DNA of 64,000 bases. Source: Hydrurus foetidus. Lineage: Eukaryota. The notes beneath the pieces are model-generated. The model was not told the DNA's origin and searched no databases. It worked only from the letters and a program-made list of their open reading frames with translations. The stretch spans positions 1 through 64,000 of the forward strand of contig UYFQ01000576.1 in NCBI GenBank assembly GCA_900617105.1, in the 5' to 3' direction. This document shows positions 51,957 through 62,856 of this stretch, piece after piece; the stretch's first letter is position 1, and every line of letters starts with the position of its first letter. The position numbers and the translations under genes were made by a program.

Positions 51957-53174
51957 CTAAATTGCGACAAAATATTCATCTTCGTATACATCTTCGTCAT
52001 ATTCCCACCTTGTCTCCGACTCTTTACGGTTCGAGTCAATGTTGCAAGGGAGAAGAAAGTCGCATTCCGGCTCCGCCTGTGTAATTATGCTAGAAGACGA
52101 GGTCGCTAATGATGAAGCAGGTGTTGAGTAAGATAGTGCAACAACATCATTGGTTAGTTTGTCATCAAAGAGTTTGATTCGCTTTGGATCACCGGTGGGT
52201 TTGTCTGGTTTGACCTCTTCTATTGGCCGCTTTAAAAAGTTGTACAATTCCCTCATGTTCGCTGACTTCTCGGTATCAGGAATGTCGGACATCTGTCTGC
52301 CCATCTCAACTAGGGCCGTTAGTCGCTCTCTCTCTGAGGTCCACTGTAAGTTTGCGCGTATTTTGGTCTGCTCCACAATGCTCTGTGACAAAATAGACAA
52401 TTCGGTTTCGCCCTCAACAACCGCGCAAGTAGATTCTGTTTTCAAGTTTGCCAACCGACGTTGGTTGCGACCGCCTGTTGCCGCCATAGTCTCTCTCATT
52501 TCATCGGCAGGAATAGCTTTTTCGGCTTCCTTTGATCTCAATGGTCCGCTACCTGGGGCAGGAGTTTTGAGAATTTGGATGCATCGGGCCCTTCGTGAGA
52601 GACATGAGATTCTGTCAGTAACGGGTGAGAAATGATTGGTCAATTAGATTTACCTTCCAGAGGGTAAGCCCACGTAGCGGAAGGCAAGCCATTCCTTGAG
52701 CTGCCAATTAGGATCAAATTTGCGAATGATGTACTCGACATTCCGCTTCGCGGCCTGTTTCTTCTTGTCTTCCTCGTTGCGCTTCCACGCAGCTTCCTTG
52801 CAGACGGCAAGAGCGTCACCTAGTTGAGTTCCTGAGGCAAACGCAACTGGATCCTTCCAAGCAGGATTCAGGACGTTAATGATGAGAGTCACCGCCTCCT
52901 TGGCCTTTCGCAACATTTGCACGCCAGTATCCTTGTCAACCAATGTTGAAAGGACTTCGGGCGTCGCGTCCTTTATTGGTATGTATCTATAATTGTCGTA
53001 GATCTCCTTTACCCAGTCCGCGGCTCTCACTTTCAGAGACTGTTCAATTTGAGGAACACTCTGCTTCCCTCCGTTGGTGACAACGTCATTCCATGCGAGG
53101 AGGAGAAGAAGTGTGTATGCTTCAACCAATCCTCTTGTCGATCTAACCATACGAGCAGTAACTTCCTCCGACAT
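51957..53174 (-). CDS. H2 accessory (ORF1-type) protein, two exons
   Basis: ORFs 52650-53189 and 51957-52643 join via a donor at 52653 and a short intron (acceptor 52612 or about 20 nt further on). Similar by eye to the H4 accessory protein (TG.Q...KAKE, SG....D.L, W....W..F...G.P). Confidence 0.72.
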
Positions 53175-53616
53175 TCTGTGGCTGTGCAATGTGGCTACGT
53201 CGCCCCATTTGATGATAGCGTTTTATAAAAATAGAGAACGCTATATATCTATTTTTGACGTTGAAGATTTGAAAATCCGATCCAAGATAACGTCGAAAAA
53301 AATGCCGGGAGTCCGGCGAACCAGCTGTTTACGTTAAAAAACAACACGTTATACTACACCGACTCCGTTTAGACGTTGCGGTGAATTGTAGCCTCAAAAC
53401 CAAGAAAAACCGACGAAAAAACGAAAGCACCGCTTTCAAAATGGCTGCTTTTGGTTTCCGCGCACAACTCCCACTGTGCAGTCAAACTAGACCAGTCGTT
53501 TTGGAAGCGATCATATTCGCATCCGTATATCGCAGCAAACGCAATTCATATCACAACCAACACAACGGAGTCATGGAGTAAACATCATTTGCCTCAATTT
53601 CTCTCACAAATTTTCA

Positions 53617-54422
53617 ATGGAAGATCCACCCGACGAATTGATGATCGCGCAGGAAGTCATCCACGCAGCTCTTTCAGATGGCCCCATTGAAACTGATGAG
53701 GAGCAAATTCTGAGACTAAAAAAACTAGTCGATAATTGCAGCACTGGGCAAGATCTATTCAATTGTGTAACTACGCAGTTACCTGTCAGTGGACAAAAGT
53801 TTGGGACTTCGCTTTCAATGAATAGGACAATCGTATACCTGAAGACTCAAAAATTGTGCGATGAGAAATGCCCAACATGGGCAAATAGTAAGAAAAAGTG
53901 TCGAGAAGTTATCGAGAAAGTGTATGTCGCATCAACATCTGAGATTCTAGCGTCATTGAAAGCTTGCATCCATGAGGGATTGGTAGTCAAGAAAGTTGCA
54001 GCACCGAAACTAAAGCGCGTCCACCAAGTCCTGATCCTGGACGACCAGCACGAGCAACTTTCTGAGAGCGGGAGACCCATAGATAGGATCGCGCTACTCG
54101 CTTGCGCGTTAGTCGATCCTGATTTGTTGCCAATGTTTACCGAAATTTCTGCTCCCATCGACGTGGCTCTACGTCCAGCGTTCTTGGATCTAGGTGCTAT
54201 TCACGTCACGCTAGCCAAATGGACCAGGATTGCAGAAGCAATCATGGAACGCAGGGATGGTTACACAAATCCTTTTAAAGACATGAACATCGAGGGGCAT
54301 GGTTCTGTGCTCTCTGAAATAAACCCAGCGAAAGGCGTATTCTTCTCCACGGCTAGCACTCCCATGGGACGTCAACTGAAAGACCTATTCACTACTGCAC
54401 GTGAGTACTTATGTTCACACAC

Positions 54423-54465
<43 letters not shown>

Positions 54466-54466
54466 T

Positions 54467-54500
<34 letters not shown>

Positions 54501-55183
54501 TTGCACTTCAAGCATTATTTAATTGAGCATTTACTTACGCAGGTACTCAAAACATGTTGCTGAATGAACGTGTCTACAAAAGCGGTTACAACTCCGATTC
54601 CTCAGATCTTCTTCTTGCGGCGTACCTTCGCACAGGTTTGTTTCAAGCATGTTAAATAAATATAATCAAACAGACTTTAGCGGCACTTACATCGACGATT
54701 TCTACTGATATCAAAGGTGCCGAGAGTCGTCCTAAAGATTTGGGAAGGTTTTTCTTCTGGATGTCCGTACGTGGCAAAGATTTGCAATTTCTTGTCGCGG
54801 TACTCTCCGACGCTGAGAGCGCATGCGAAGTGGATATTACAGAAGTCGCAGACACACCTGTGGACACAGAGACTAGTTATGGGAAAAGAAAGAGACAGCT
54901 GAAAGAAGCAACCGACCAAACTAAAAAAGAGCAAATGCTGCTACTTCAAGAAATCATGTGCACACCAGAAAGTAATGTAGGATCAGCATCTAGCAGCTCA
55001 TTGATTGATAACTCAGTCGTTCAAAGAAATCTTGCCTCTGCCAATGAGAAGGAAGCAAAATCAAACACAGAAAAAGTGAATAATCTGATGAAGGTGATGA
55101 GTAATGACGTCATTTTCGGAATGTATACCGATGAAGAGAAAGAATCTATGAGGAACGAACTGAAACGATTGATATGCAAGTAA
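53617..55183 (+). CDS. H3 accessory (ORF1-type) protein, three exons
   Basis: Exons 53617-54400, 54543-54635, 54717-55183, GT-AG and phase-consistent; the first intron holds an (ACACAT)n tract that explains the TYTYTY tail in the ORF track. Confidence 0.78.
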
Positions 55184-55214
55184 GATTAAATTTAATTTCA
55201 GAAGTTTTGTTCTT

Positions 55215-56579
55215 TTAATTAATGTCATGATATTCAGTATTGCAAAATGTGGCTATTCCTGCATCAAAAATGTCTTGAGTTAATCGAGTACGCAGTGAGT
55301 TATCATGAGAAGATGTGCGGGCAACAGCATAGTTGTTGTGCAATCTGCCGATCACTGCTTCATCTCTCGGCATGGGATCGTCTACGGCATATTGATCAGG
55401 CACATCAGGCCAAACACGTGTATTGTTAACGAACAGTCTAGGATTTTTGAGTAACCATCTGTCAACGCATATGTTATGCAACATAGCACATACTCTAGCT
55501 ATCTTTACAACTCTGCACAAACTGTAAGAAATGGGTTTCCATAAAATACCCCAACGTCGGACTAAAATGCCGAAAGCTCTTTCAATTGTTATTCTTTGTG
55601 ATGATAGGACATTGTTGAATGCTAGCATCTTCAGATACTGAGATTCGTTGACAGCTTTTGCGCGTATCAATTGATAACGAGAGTACGGTGTCAAGTGCAT
55701 CCCGCCGCAAGAAGAGTATGCTTCATCTAGTACAAAAGTAGCCCATATAGGAAATACATCGTTCTTGGCTTTCTGATAGATCTCGGTCATCTGGTACGCA
55801 ATGATATCATTCGTCCCCCCAGGCCACTTCACATCGAAGACGCCAAATCTTGTGTACGCATCACAAAATCCCTGAGCTATAAGGGCCCAGAAGCCCTTTC
55901 GATTACGGAATACTGACAACGGTCTGTTTCTTAAGTCTGCTTCAGATGGTTGAGATATCTCAATGGCAAGGCCATCGCCTGCGTAGATAGTTCCCGCCGT
56001 AAGATGTTGCCCCCACCTTTGAAGCTGAATTGCAGCCCATTCCCTAGCTAACTTCATACATGCAACTTCGCTGCTTGCTAATGTAATATTGTCAATCCTA
56101 GCATGAATTGCTTGAACAGTGTTCCAAACTATGGTCGATACTGAATCGACGTGCACTCGATAATGAATCATGTCTAGGTACGATGCCCCCGCTAAAATCC
56201 TCAAGGTGATCATTAGCATCAGTTGTGGACTGATTTCTGATCCAGAGCTATTGATGGCTTGTCGTGAATTTTTCTTGAGGTCAGGCGTCACTTTCATTAG
56301 AACATAAAAGAAATCCTCACGACATAATCGAAACTGGCGACAAAACATTTTTTCGTCGAGCTCGGCCGCCCATTTGATTATCTGGTAACGATCACGATGC
56401 ATATTTCCAAGACGTAAAGAATAAGTGGGAAGTTGCCTCGCTCCTTCTAGAGCCATCACTGATTGCAATGTTGCAAATATTCCGAATCTGATGCGTCGAG
56501 AATCCGCAGGAATTTTGACTGAAATGATGCTATCATCATCACTGTCACTAGTTGCAGCGCTGTCCGAATCACTGCTCAT
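55215..56579 (-). CDS. Harbinger (DDE_Tnp_4/HARBI1-like) transposase of H3
   Basis: FRLCREDF, TLRILAGASYLD, AGDGLAIEI, NRKGFWALIAQGFCDA, WPGGTND, LDEAY, FNNVLSSQRITIERAFGILVRRWGIL, CAMLHN; uninterrupted ORF. Confidence 0.93.
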   Translation of the reverse strand: MSSDSDSAATSDSDDDSIISVKIPADSRRIRFGIFATLQSVMALEGARQLPTYSLRLGNMHRDRYQIIKWAAELDEKMFCRQFRLCREDFFYVLMKVTPDLKKNSRQAINSSGSEISPQLMLMITLRILAGASYLDMIHYRVHVDSVSTIVWNTVQAIHARIDNITLASSEVACMKLAREWAAIQLQRWGQHLTAGTIYAGDGLAIEISQPSEADLRNRPLSVFRNRKGFWALIAQGFCDAYTRFGVFDVKWPGGTNDIIAYQMTEIYQKAKNDVFPIWATFVLDEAYSSCGGMHLTPYSRYQLIRAKAVNESQYLKMLAFNNVLSSQRITIERAFGILVRRWGILWKPISYSLCRVVKIARVCAMLHNICVDRWLLKNPRLFVNNTRVWPDVPDQYAVDDPMPRDEAVIGRLHNNYAVARTSSHDNSLRTRLTQDIFDAGIATFCNTEYHDIN

Positions 56580-57155
56580 AATTGCTTCTGTGCATGGGAA
56601 GCGAGGAGGTTTCCATGCCTTGGCAACAGAAAGCACCACACTGCGACAACATTCGTGTCTGTGCGAAAAGTAAAAGCGGTAAAAAAAAGTCCTGGTTTTG
56701 AAGGTCGGTTTTTCCCGGTTTGGTTTTTCGCACAATTTCGTATAGGTTCGGTGTAAGGCCGGTCCTTATGGGAGTCGGATTTCACGAAAGTCGGAATCGG
56801 ATTTCAAGAAAATTTCCGATCGACCCAAGGTTTTTCGATTTTTTCGATTTTCGACCGAGTTGGAATCGGAAATTTCCCCTTAGGCCGGTCCTTATGCGCG
56901 TCGGATTTCCTCGAAGTCGGAATCGGTTTCTTGTTTTTTTTCTGACTTCACAAAAAATCCCACCTTGTGGGATGATTTTTGTGCATGAAACTGACTTCAG
57001 AAATCTGATTCTCAACTTTTTTCATTTCTGATCTTCCTCGAATCGGAAATTCATCCAAAAATCCGACGCGGCAATTGTCAGAAATCAAGAGTCAGATTTC
57101 AATGCTATAGCACTACCCACCAGCACTCACAACATAACTCCACCTCGTTTGTCAA

Positions 57156-58684
57156 ATGAGGTTCTTCAGACACCGGAATCTCAAGCGCAAGGCCAATTCA
57201 TCGAGCGTCCTTCCTGTAAAAAAGTCCTTCGATGTCAAAGAATTTTTGAAACGAAGGAAATTCAGGCGTCAAATCAGCTGGGAGAATGAACTGATACAGA
57301 TGCAACGTAGTCGAAAGAAATTTGTACCGAGACTTATTTTTCCAAGGAGAGACCCACGATGCTTCATGTGGTGGGAGTATGTTTTGGGCGGGACTTGGGC
57401 AGATCCAAGCAGTCGAGATGGGAAATCCTTCAGGACCAGATTCCGGACGACGCATGAGTTCTTCATTAATTTGGTGGTGCAAGCGAAAGAGTTATTCCCA
57501 AATCATGAGAAAAGAGATGCTCTTGGAAGGAGACCAGGACCGATTGAGCTTAAAGTCTTGGGTGTTCTTCGAGTGTTAGGCCGTGGTGTATGCTTTGACG
57601 ATTGCCAAGAGGGGACCTTCATCAACAAGGAGACGCACAGATTGTTTTTTCATGCTTTCGTCAATAAGTTTTCGCGCAAGTATTATTCTGTGTACTGCCG
57701 TGGCCCAGGTAATGAAGCTGATTTAGAGAGTAGCATGTCAGAGTATACATCTGCAGGCTTTCCAGGTTGTTTGGGATCAACAGACGGTGTTCATGTATCA
57801 TGGGATAGGTGTCATGCCCAACAGAAAATGCTTCATACAGGAAAAGAAAAATATCCTACAGTAGCTTACAATGTAACAGTAAATCACCGACGCTGGATAA
57901 TGGCTGTAAGCCGAGGATTTTTCGGATCATACAATGATAAGACTATTGTTAAATATGACTCATTTATCAATGATATTCGAAACCGCAAAAAGTATCAAGA
58001 TTATCGATTTGATTTGAGAAGGAGAGACGGTACAATATCAGCAATAAGTGGTGCTTGGATACTCTGCGATGGTGGATATCACCGATGGAGATGTCTACAA
58101 TGTCCAAGCCGAGACGGCACTTCCGGTGCAGAGAGAAAGTGGTCAAAATGGGCAGAATCACTGAGGAAGGTCTGCATTCTTGTGTATGTTTGATCTCTCT
58201 TCCAAACTCTCATTCTCTTTCTCTATTCAATTATTCTGATCAGGATGTTGAGTGCACCTTCGGAATTATGAAGGGACGATGGAGAATTTTGAAGACAGGA
58301 ATTAGATTGCAGTCAAGAGCGGTAATTGACAATGTATTCTATACTTGTTCTATTTTACATAACATGCTAATGGAGTATGATGGTCTTCATAAAGAGTGGT
58401 GTGCTGGAGTGCAATACGATGGATTAGATGGTTACCACGATACTGAGGACATGCGTCGCATTTTTGGGAGACTACACGTCAACAAAAAAACAGATTTATC
58501 CAGAGTGGGCCATATCAGAAATAGCTCAGCTAATGCTGCATGTAACAATGCTGTTGAAGACGCTGAACCTGATGATACTGAATACGGCGCATCATTTGAA
58601 TTTCTTAACTCAGCATTAATAGAACATTTTGATGTGGTCAGTTCAGAAAATGGAATAAAATGGCCTAGAAGAAATCATAAATAG
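57156..58684 (+). CDS. Harbinger transposase of H4 (Plant_tran-like), two exons
   Basis: Exons 57156-58169 and 58244-58684; removing the 74-bp GT-AG intron restores ESLRK/DVECTFGIMKGRWRIL. Also GFPGCLGSTDGVHVSWDRC, GSYNDKTI, LCDGGY, CSILHNM. Confidence 0.93.
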
Positions 58685-58773
58685 ATTATGTTGCACCGTT
58701 TTAAATGTTGCACCGTTTTAAATGTTGTTAAAAATATTCAGCAACTCCATCTAATATGAAATCTTAACAAACA

Positions 58774-59913
58774 TCAAGTCATTAATGATTCTATCATTTG
58801 ATTTCTGTACGCTTTTATTTGTGTACGTGCCAATAATCTCTCAGGACTATCCTCCGCGTCAGCTAATTTTTCCTTCAGCAATGTCAGTACACGGTCGGAT
58901 TCATCTTGCTTCTGCACTCGTTCAGCAAGGTCTAGTTCTCTATCGGCAGATGTGGCCTTGCTTGTGTGCCAGCTGGCAGTCGTGCTTCCTGAGTTTATAC
59001 TCTCGTTCTCCGCCGCCGCTTCAGCATTTGCCTTGCGTTTCTGAGAAGTTCTGCTCAATGACCCTGCCCCCTCCTTTTTTACAGTAATGTTTGGAACATC
59101 GTTGTCGTCCTCAGCATCAGGACCGTTTCCTGTTCCAAGGCTGAGCTGGGGATGAGAAGTTCTGCCGCTGTAGACGAACTCACATGGATTACCAAACCAC
59201 AGAAAGACGGACCAATAGGAGGGCTGCCAGTTAGAAGGAATGACTAAGGTCAGCAGTTCAGAGGGGAATGTCGAAGGCAACGTTCCTTCAGTAACGCTGT
59301 TCTCTAAGCTACTGCATGATTCAGGAGAAGCGTTCTCAATTTCCTTCCTCCCCACTTCCTCCTCCTCGTCAGGTTCATCCGTAAGATTCAATTGGGTGCC
59401 TCTCGAATCAGCGTACATTTTGCGACGCGTTGCCTCCAGCATATCTTCGATTTCCCATCCTGACGGGAAGATCGCCCCAGGATACTTTAAGAAACTATTA
59501 TACACTGGAGTAATCTGATTCACGACGAATCTCCTGATTTCCTTGGCTTTGGTCCACAGCTGTTTTCCAGTCAAGTTGGGACCGTTGGTTTTTCCCTTCA
59601 GAAGTTGTGCCGATGTCAGATTAGCGCAACGATCTTTCGACTGCAAGAATTCCATTCCCTCATCTGAACGTGCATCGACATCATCGTTCACAAAGTTCGC
59701 AACGTTTTGTTCATAGTATTTTAGGGCCTTTATATGTATGTCCTTTTCACTCTTGGTTTGAGTTCCATGTAATTCAAAGAAGACCAGGAGGATCAGAAGG
59801 CATTGAGCTTCTTTCACTGGTTTTTGCGGCGCGGGATTGCGAGGTCCTGAAACGACCTTCAATTTCGGTTGGCGCTGCATTGTCCGATTCGATTGTGCAA
59901 CTTGCTCAGACAT
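58774..59913 (-). CDS. H4 accessory (ORF1-type) protein, 379 aa
   Basis: Single ORF convergent to the transposase inside the TIRs; LTGKQLWTKAKEI…PSGWEIEDMLEATRRKMY recalls the trihelix/SG..D motif of Harbinger ORF1 proteins. Confidence 0.8.
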   Translation of the reverse strand: MSEQVAQSNRTMQRQPKLKVVSGPRNPAPQKPVKEAQCLLILLVFFELHGTQTKSEKDIHIKALKYYEQNVANFVNDDVDARSDEGMEFLQSKDRCANLTSAQLLKGKTNGPNLTGKQLWTKAKEIRRFVVNQITPVYNSFLKYPGAIFPSGWEIEDMLEATRRKMYADSRGTQLNLTDEPDEEEEVGRKEIENASPESCSSLENSVTEGTLPSTFPSELLTLVIPSNWQPSYWSVFLWFGNPCEFVYSGRTSHPQLSLGTGNGPDAEDDNDVPNITVKKEGAGSLSRTSQKRKANAEAAAENESINSGSTTASWHTSKATSADRELDLAERVQKQDESDRVLTLLKEKLADAEDSPERLLARTQIKAYRNQMIESLMT

Positions 59914-60162
59914 GACGTGCTGTATTCGATGAGTTGTGTATTCTAATGATATATGTCGACATTATGTTGTCGACGATGATAATAAGAACTTCGCATGAAT
60001 CTGATCTGTACGCTGTAGACTTTTTCCTTTTCCTACAGCTTCATTCACATTCTCGAGAAGGTGCGCTTGCTTTTCTCGAATCAGAAAATGGCAAATCAGA
60101 AATAAATCTAAAAAGCGATTCTGATTTAGGAGGAAATCTCGCTCCGATAAGGACCGGCCTTA

Positions 60163-61137
60163 GGCCGGTCCTTACGCGCATCGGATCCCACCAAAATCGG
60201 AATCGGTTTCCAAGTTCTTTTCCGATTCATCCATTTTCCGACTGAACAAAACTTACCGGACCTTACCGGAATTGAATTCTGGAAAGCAGAAGAGGAAAAA
60301 GTCCTCAAAGTATTTCAGATCATCGTCGACATGGATATCTGATCACAGTGAACATATCAACCAATCTCTACATTCTACCATTCGAATTCTTCACAGAATC
60401 ATCTAGCAAATATCGCAGCGCCACCCGAAGTTGAAAGTCGTTGCAGCGCCTCGCTCTTCAGCTCCACAGAAATTAATTAAAGATGCGCAATCATTGATAA
60501 TTCTCCTTGTCTTCTTCGAGTTGCATACAACTCAGGTGAAGAATGAAAAGGACATTCATGTTCGGGCGCTCAAATATTATGAACAGAATGTTCTTGCAGA
60601 CAGGATTCGCTGCTATCTCGACAGGAAGCATGCGTTTAATTTTCCTTCGATTCAAAAATTCCTTGACACTGAACGATTTCTTCCCTGGTGCCAATTTCGA
60701 CGACGTCACTTTACACCTCAGATGTCTAACCTTAAACCCCTTCATTTGAGTCGAAATGTTCTACGCCAGATTTCCTTTACGACGCCAATCCAGTAAATGT
60801 GGCGATGATGCTTGAAATCCGACAGCTATTTTCTGATCGCTCCTCGATCGGAAATCGCTCATGAATTCCGATCGAGGGGCGATCAGAAAACAGAAATGTC
60901 GAGAGTCGGATTTGAAGAATTCGGCCTTACGGTGTCGGATTTCAGGGAAAGTTAGAATCGGATTTCGGTTTTTGAAATCCAATTCTGACTTTTTCGATTT
61001 CCGACGCGGAGATTGTCGGAAATTCGGCCTATTTTTCGACAATCTCCGCGTCGGAAATCGAAAAAGTCAGAATTGGATTTCAAAAACCGAAATCCGATTC
61101 TAACTTTCCCTGAAATCCGACACCGTACGGACCGGCC
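60163..61137. mobile_element. H5: non-autonomous deletion derivative related to H4, inverted, ending in a 200-bp palindrome
   Basis: Ends ggccggtccttacg / cgtacggaccggcc, TTA at 60160-60162 and 61138-61140. Keeps only N-terminal fragments of the accessory gene (+, LKVVAAPR…ALKYYEQNV) and transposase (-, KKSFSVKEFLNRRK). Palindrome at 60928-61127. Confidence 0.85.
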
Positions 61138-61262
61138 TTATTTCCGATTCCAACTCGGTCGAAAATCGAAAAAATCGAAAAACCTTGGGTCGGTCGGAAA
61201 TTTTCTTGAAATCCGATTCCGACTTTCGTGAAATCCGACGCGCATAAGGACCGGCCTTACGG

Positions 61263-62550
61263 CAAGGGGGTATTAAAAGGAGAGGGGGCACTTTGACGCC
61301 ACCGGCTGCGGTAAATTTTTCTCACACGTCGCACACTCAAAATTCATTTTTTTGAAATACCACGATCCGGAAATTGCATCTAATTTTCGGTTTCAGTTTT
61401 GGGTTTCGGTGCTAGTGGCATCTATTTTCTATGTCTAGAATTGCAATATGACCATTTAAAGCTTTAAGAAATATTTTGAAATTTTGCGTTGATGCCAAGA
61501 AAGTTAGCTTACAAATTATCGCATTTTAGTTGGATTTGTTTGGTGTCATTAAAAGTGTCATTTCTGCGTCATAAAAGGAGTTAGTAGTTAGCAGTATCAA
61601 CTATTATACAGGCTAAATCGACCACGCTGCTCCGACGACCACCCACGCAGCGGCAGAAACAGCTAATATCTGCCATGATATCGCTGCCAAAGTCTTGGAT
61701 GCTGATTCCCAATTGTTCCTACCGTCGGCGTCTGATTCATTGCAAAATTCATGAGTTTCGATGAGCCGACAATTCTACATGCCAAATCGACCGCACAGCA
61801 TTATGAGAGTCCACACAGCGGCAAAAGCTACCAATACCTACCATAATGATGCTGCCAAAGTTTTGGCCACTAAATCGCGATCGTTCATGTCGCCGACACC
61901 TGATTCATTTCAAAAATTATGAGTTTTGATGAGTCAACAATTCTATTAGCGAGCCAAGTTGACCGCACTGCTCCTCAGACTACCAGCAAGTGACAAAAGC
62001 AACAAATACCTGCTATGATATCGCTGCCAGAATCCTGGACGCTGATTCCCATTGGCTCCTATCGCCGCCACCTGTTTCAAGCGATGTAGTTTTGTGAGTC
62101 AGCGGAAAAAATGCAATTTATTATAGACCGTGCACTAAGGTGGTCAATTATCATTTTTATAACTAACAAAATAGATTAGTGATGGTTTGTGCACGGTTTA
62201 TATGAATCAAGGGACTCATCAGACTATGCTACAGTGAATTTAAAGGGATCAGTGGCGATAAGAAATTGACTCAACTGGCGTCTGTACTGAAGTTTACTTA
62301 CATCGGATGAAAGAGCTTTGAGACTACAAGACGGTCAAGTTTCCTAGATCTCAGGGCGTACAGTGCAGTGTTCACAATCTGAGCTACTCTAACACGCATG
62401 TAACTCCCTTATCAGTCAAGCAAGAGTCAAGTTTCAAATTAGATGCAATTTCCAGAACAGGGTATTTTGGAGTTGAGTGTGCGACGTGTGAGAAAAATTT
62501 ACCGCAGCCGGTGGCGTCAAAGTGCCCCCTCTCCTTTTAATACCCCCTTG
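61263..62550. mobile_element. Non-autonomous TIR element, possibly P superfamily (1288 bp)
   Basis: 78-bp perfect TIR beginning CAAGGGGG; 7-bp duplication CTTACGG at 61256-61262 and 62551-62557; three diverged ~170-bp internal repeats (~61615-62070); no long ORF. The element is clear, the superfamily is inferred from its termini only. Confidence 0.8.
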
Positions 62551-62856
62551 CTTACGGTGTCGGATTTCAGGGAAAGTTAGAATCGGATTTCGGTTTTTGA
62601 AATAAGCCGCTCACACAGGAATTCCTTGTACCGGTACCATTTTTTTCTCAAAGTCGAACATACTCGAGCAACCAGATCACAATTCACCACAACTCCAGAA
62701 ACGCTTACAATCACAACTATCAACCAATCAAGACGCCGTAAGGATTTTCTAGTAGCTGGTATCGTAGTCAGTCAACCACTGTAGCGGCGAAATCAAAATC
62801 GCAATCCTAATCGCGCAGTAGTTCAGGACATTCTGTATCGTTTCTCATTTTTTTCG

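Larger units (their letters stand above)
49324..53393. mobile_element. PIF/Harbinger element H2, apparently intact
   Basis: 48-bp perfect TIR ggctacaattcaccgcaacgtctaaacggagtcggtgtagtataacgt; TCA at 49321-49323 and 53394-53396. Confidence 0.95.
45789..56753. mobile_element. PIF/Harbinger element H3 (outer element), interrupted near its left end by H1 and H2
   Basis: 18-bp perfect TIR caccgaacctatacgaaa (45789-45806 / 56736-56753), TAA duplication at 45786-45788 and 56754-56756; convergent accessory gene and transposase between 53617 and 56579. Confidence 0.88.
56883..60159. mobile_element. PIF/Harbinger element H4, apparently intact
   Basis: 13-bp TIR ggccggtccttat, TTA at 56880-56882 and 60160-60162; convergent transposase and accessory gene. 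Confidence 0.92.
56757..61256. mobile_element. Foldback MITE of the H4 family (arms 56757-56879 and 61141-61256), split at its centre by H4 and H5
   Basis: The two ~115-bp arms are near-perfect reverse complements starting ggccggtccttat; the inserted block is bounded by TTA at 56880-56882 and 61138-61140. Confidence 0.85.

Noticed and set aside
54401..54522. Poly-(Thr-Tyr) C-terminus of ORF 53617-54522
   Set aside because: It is an (ACACAT)n tract inside a GT-AG intron (54401-54542).
56576..57031. ORFs across TIR and palindrome regions (also 60761-61291)
   Set aside because: They overlap subterminal repeats and foldback arms and have no recognisable domains.
61257..61259. TTA as the right target duplication of the foldback MITE
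   Set aside because: The left flank is TAA, and this TTA continues as TTACGGTGTCGG, the inner part of another TIR.
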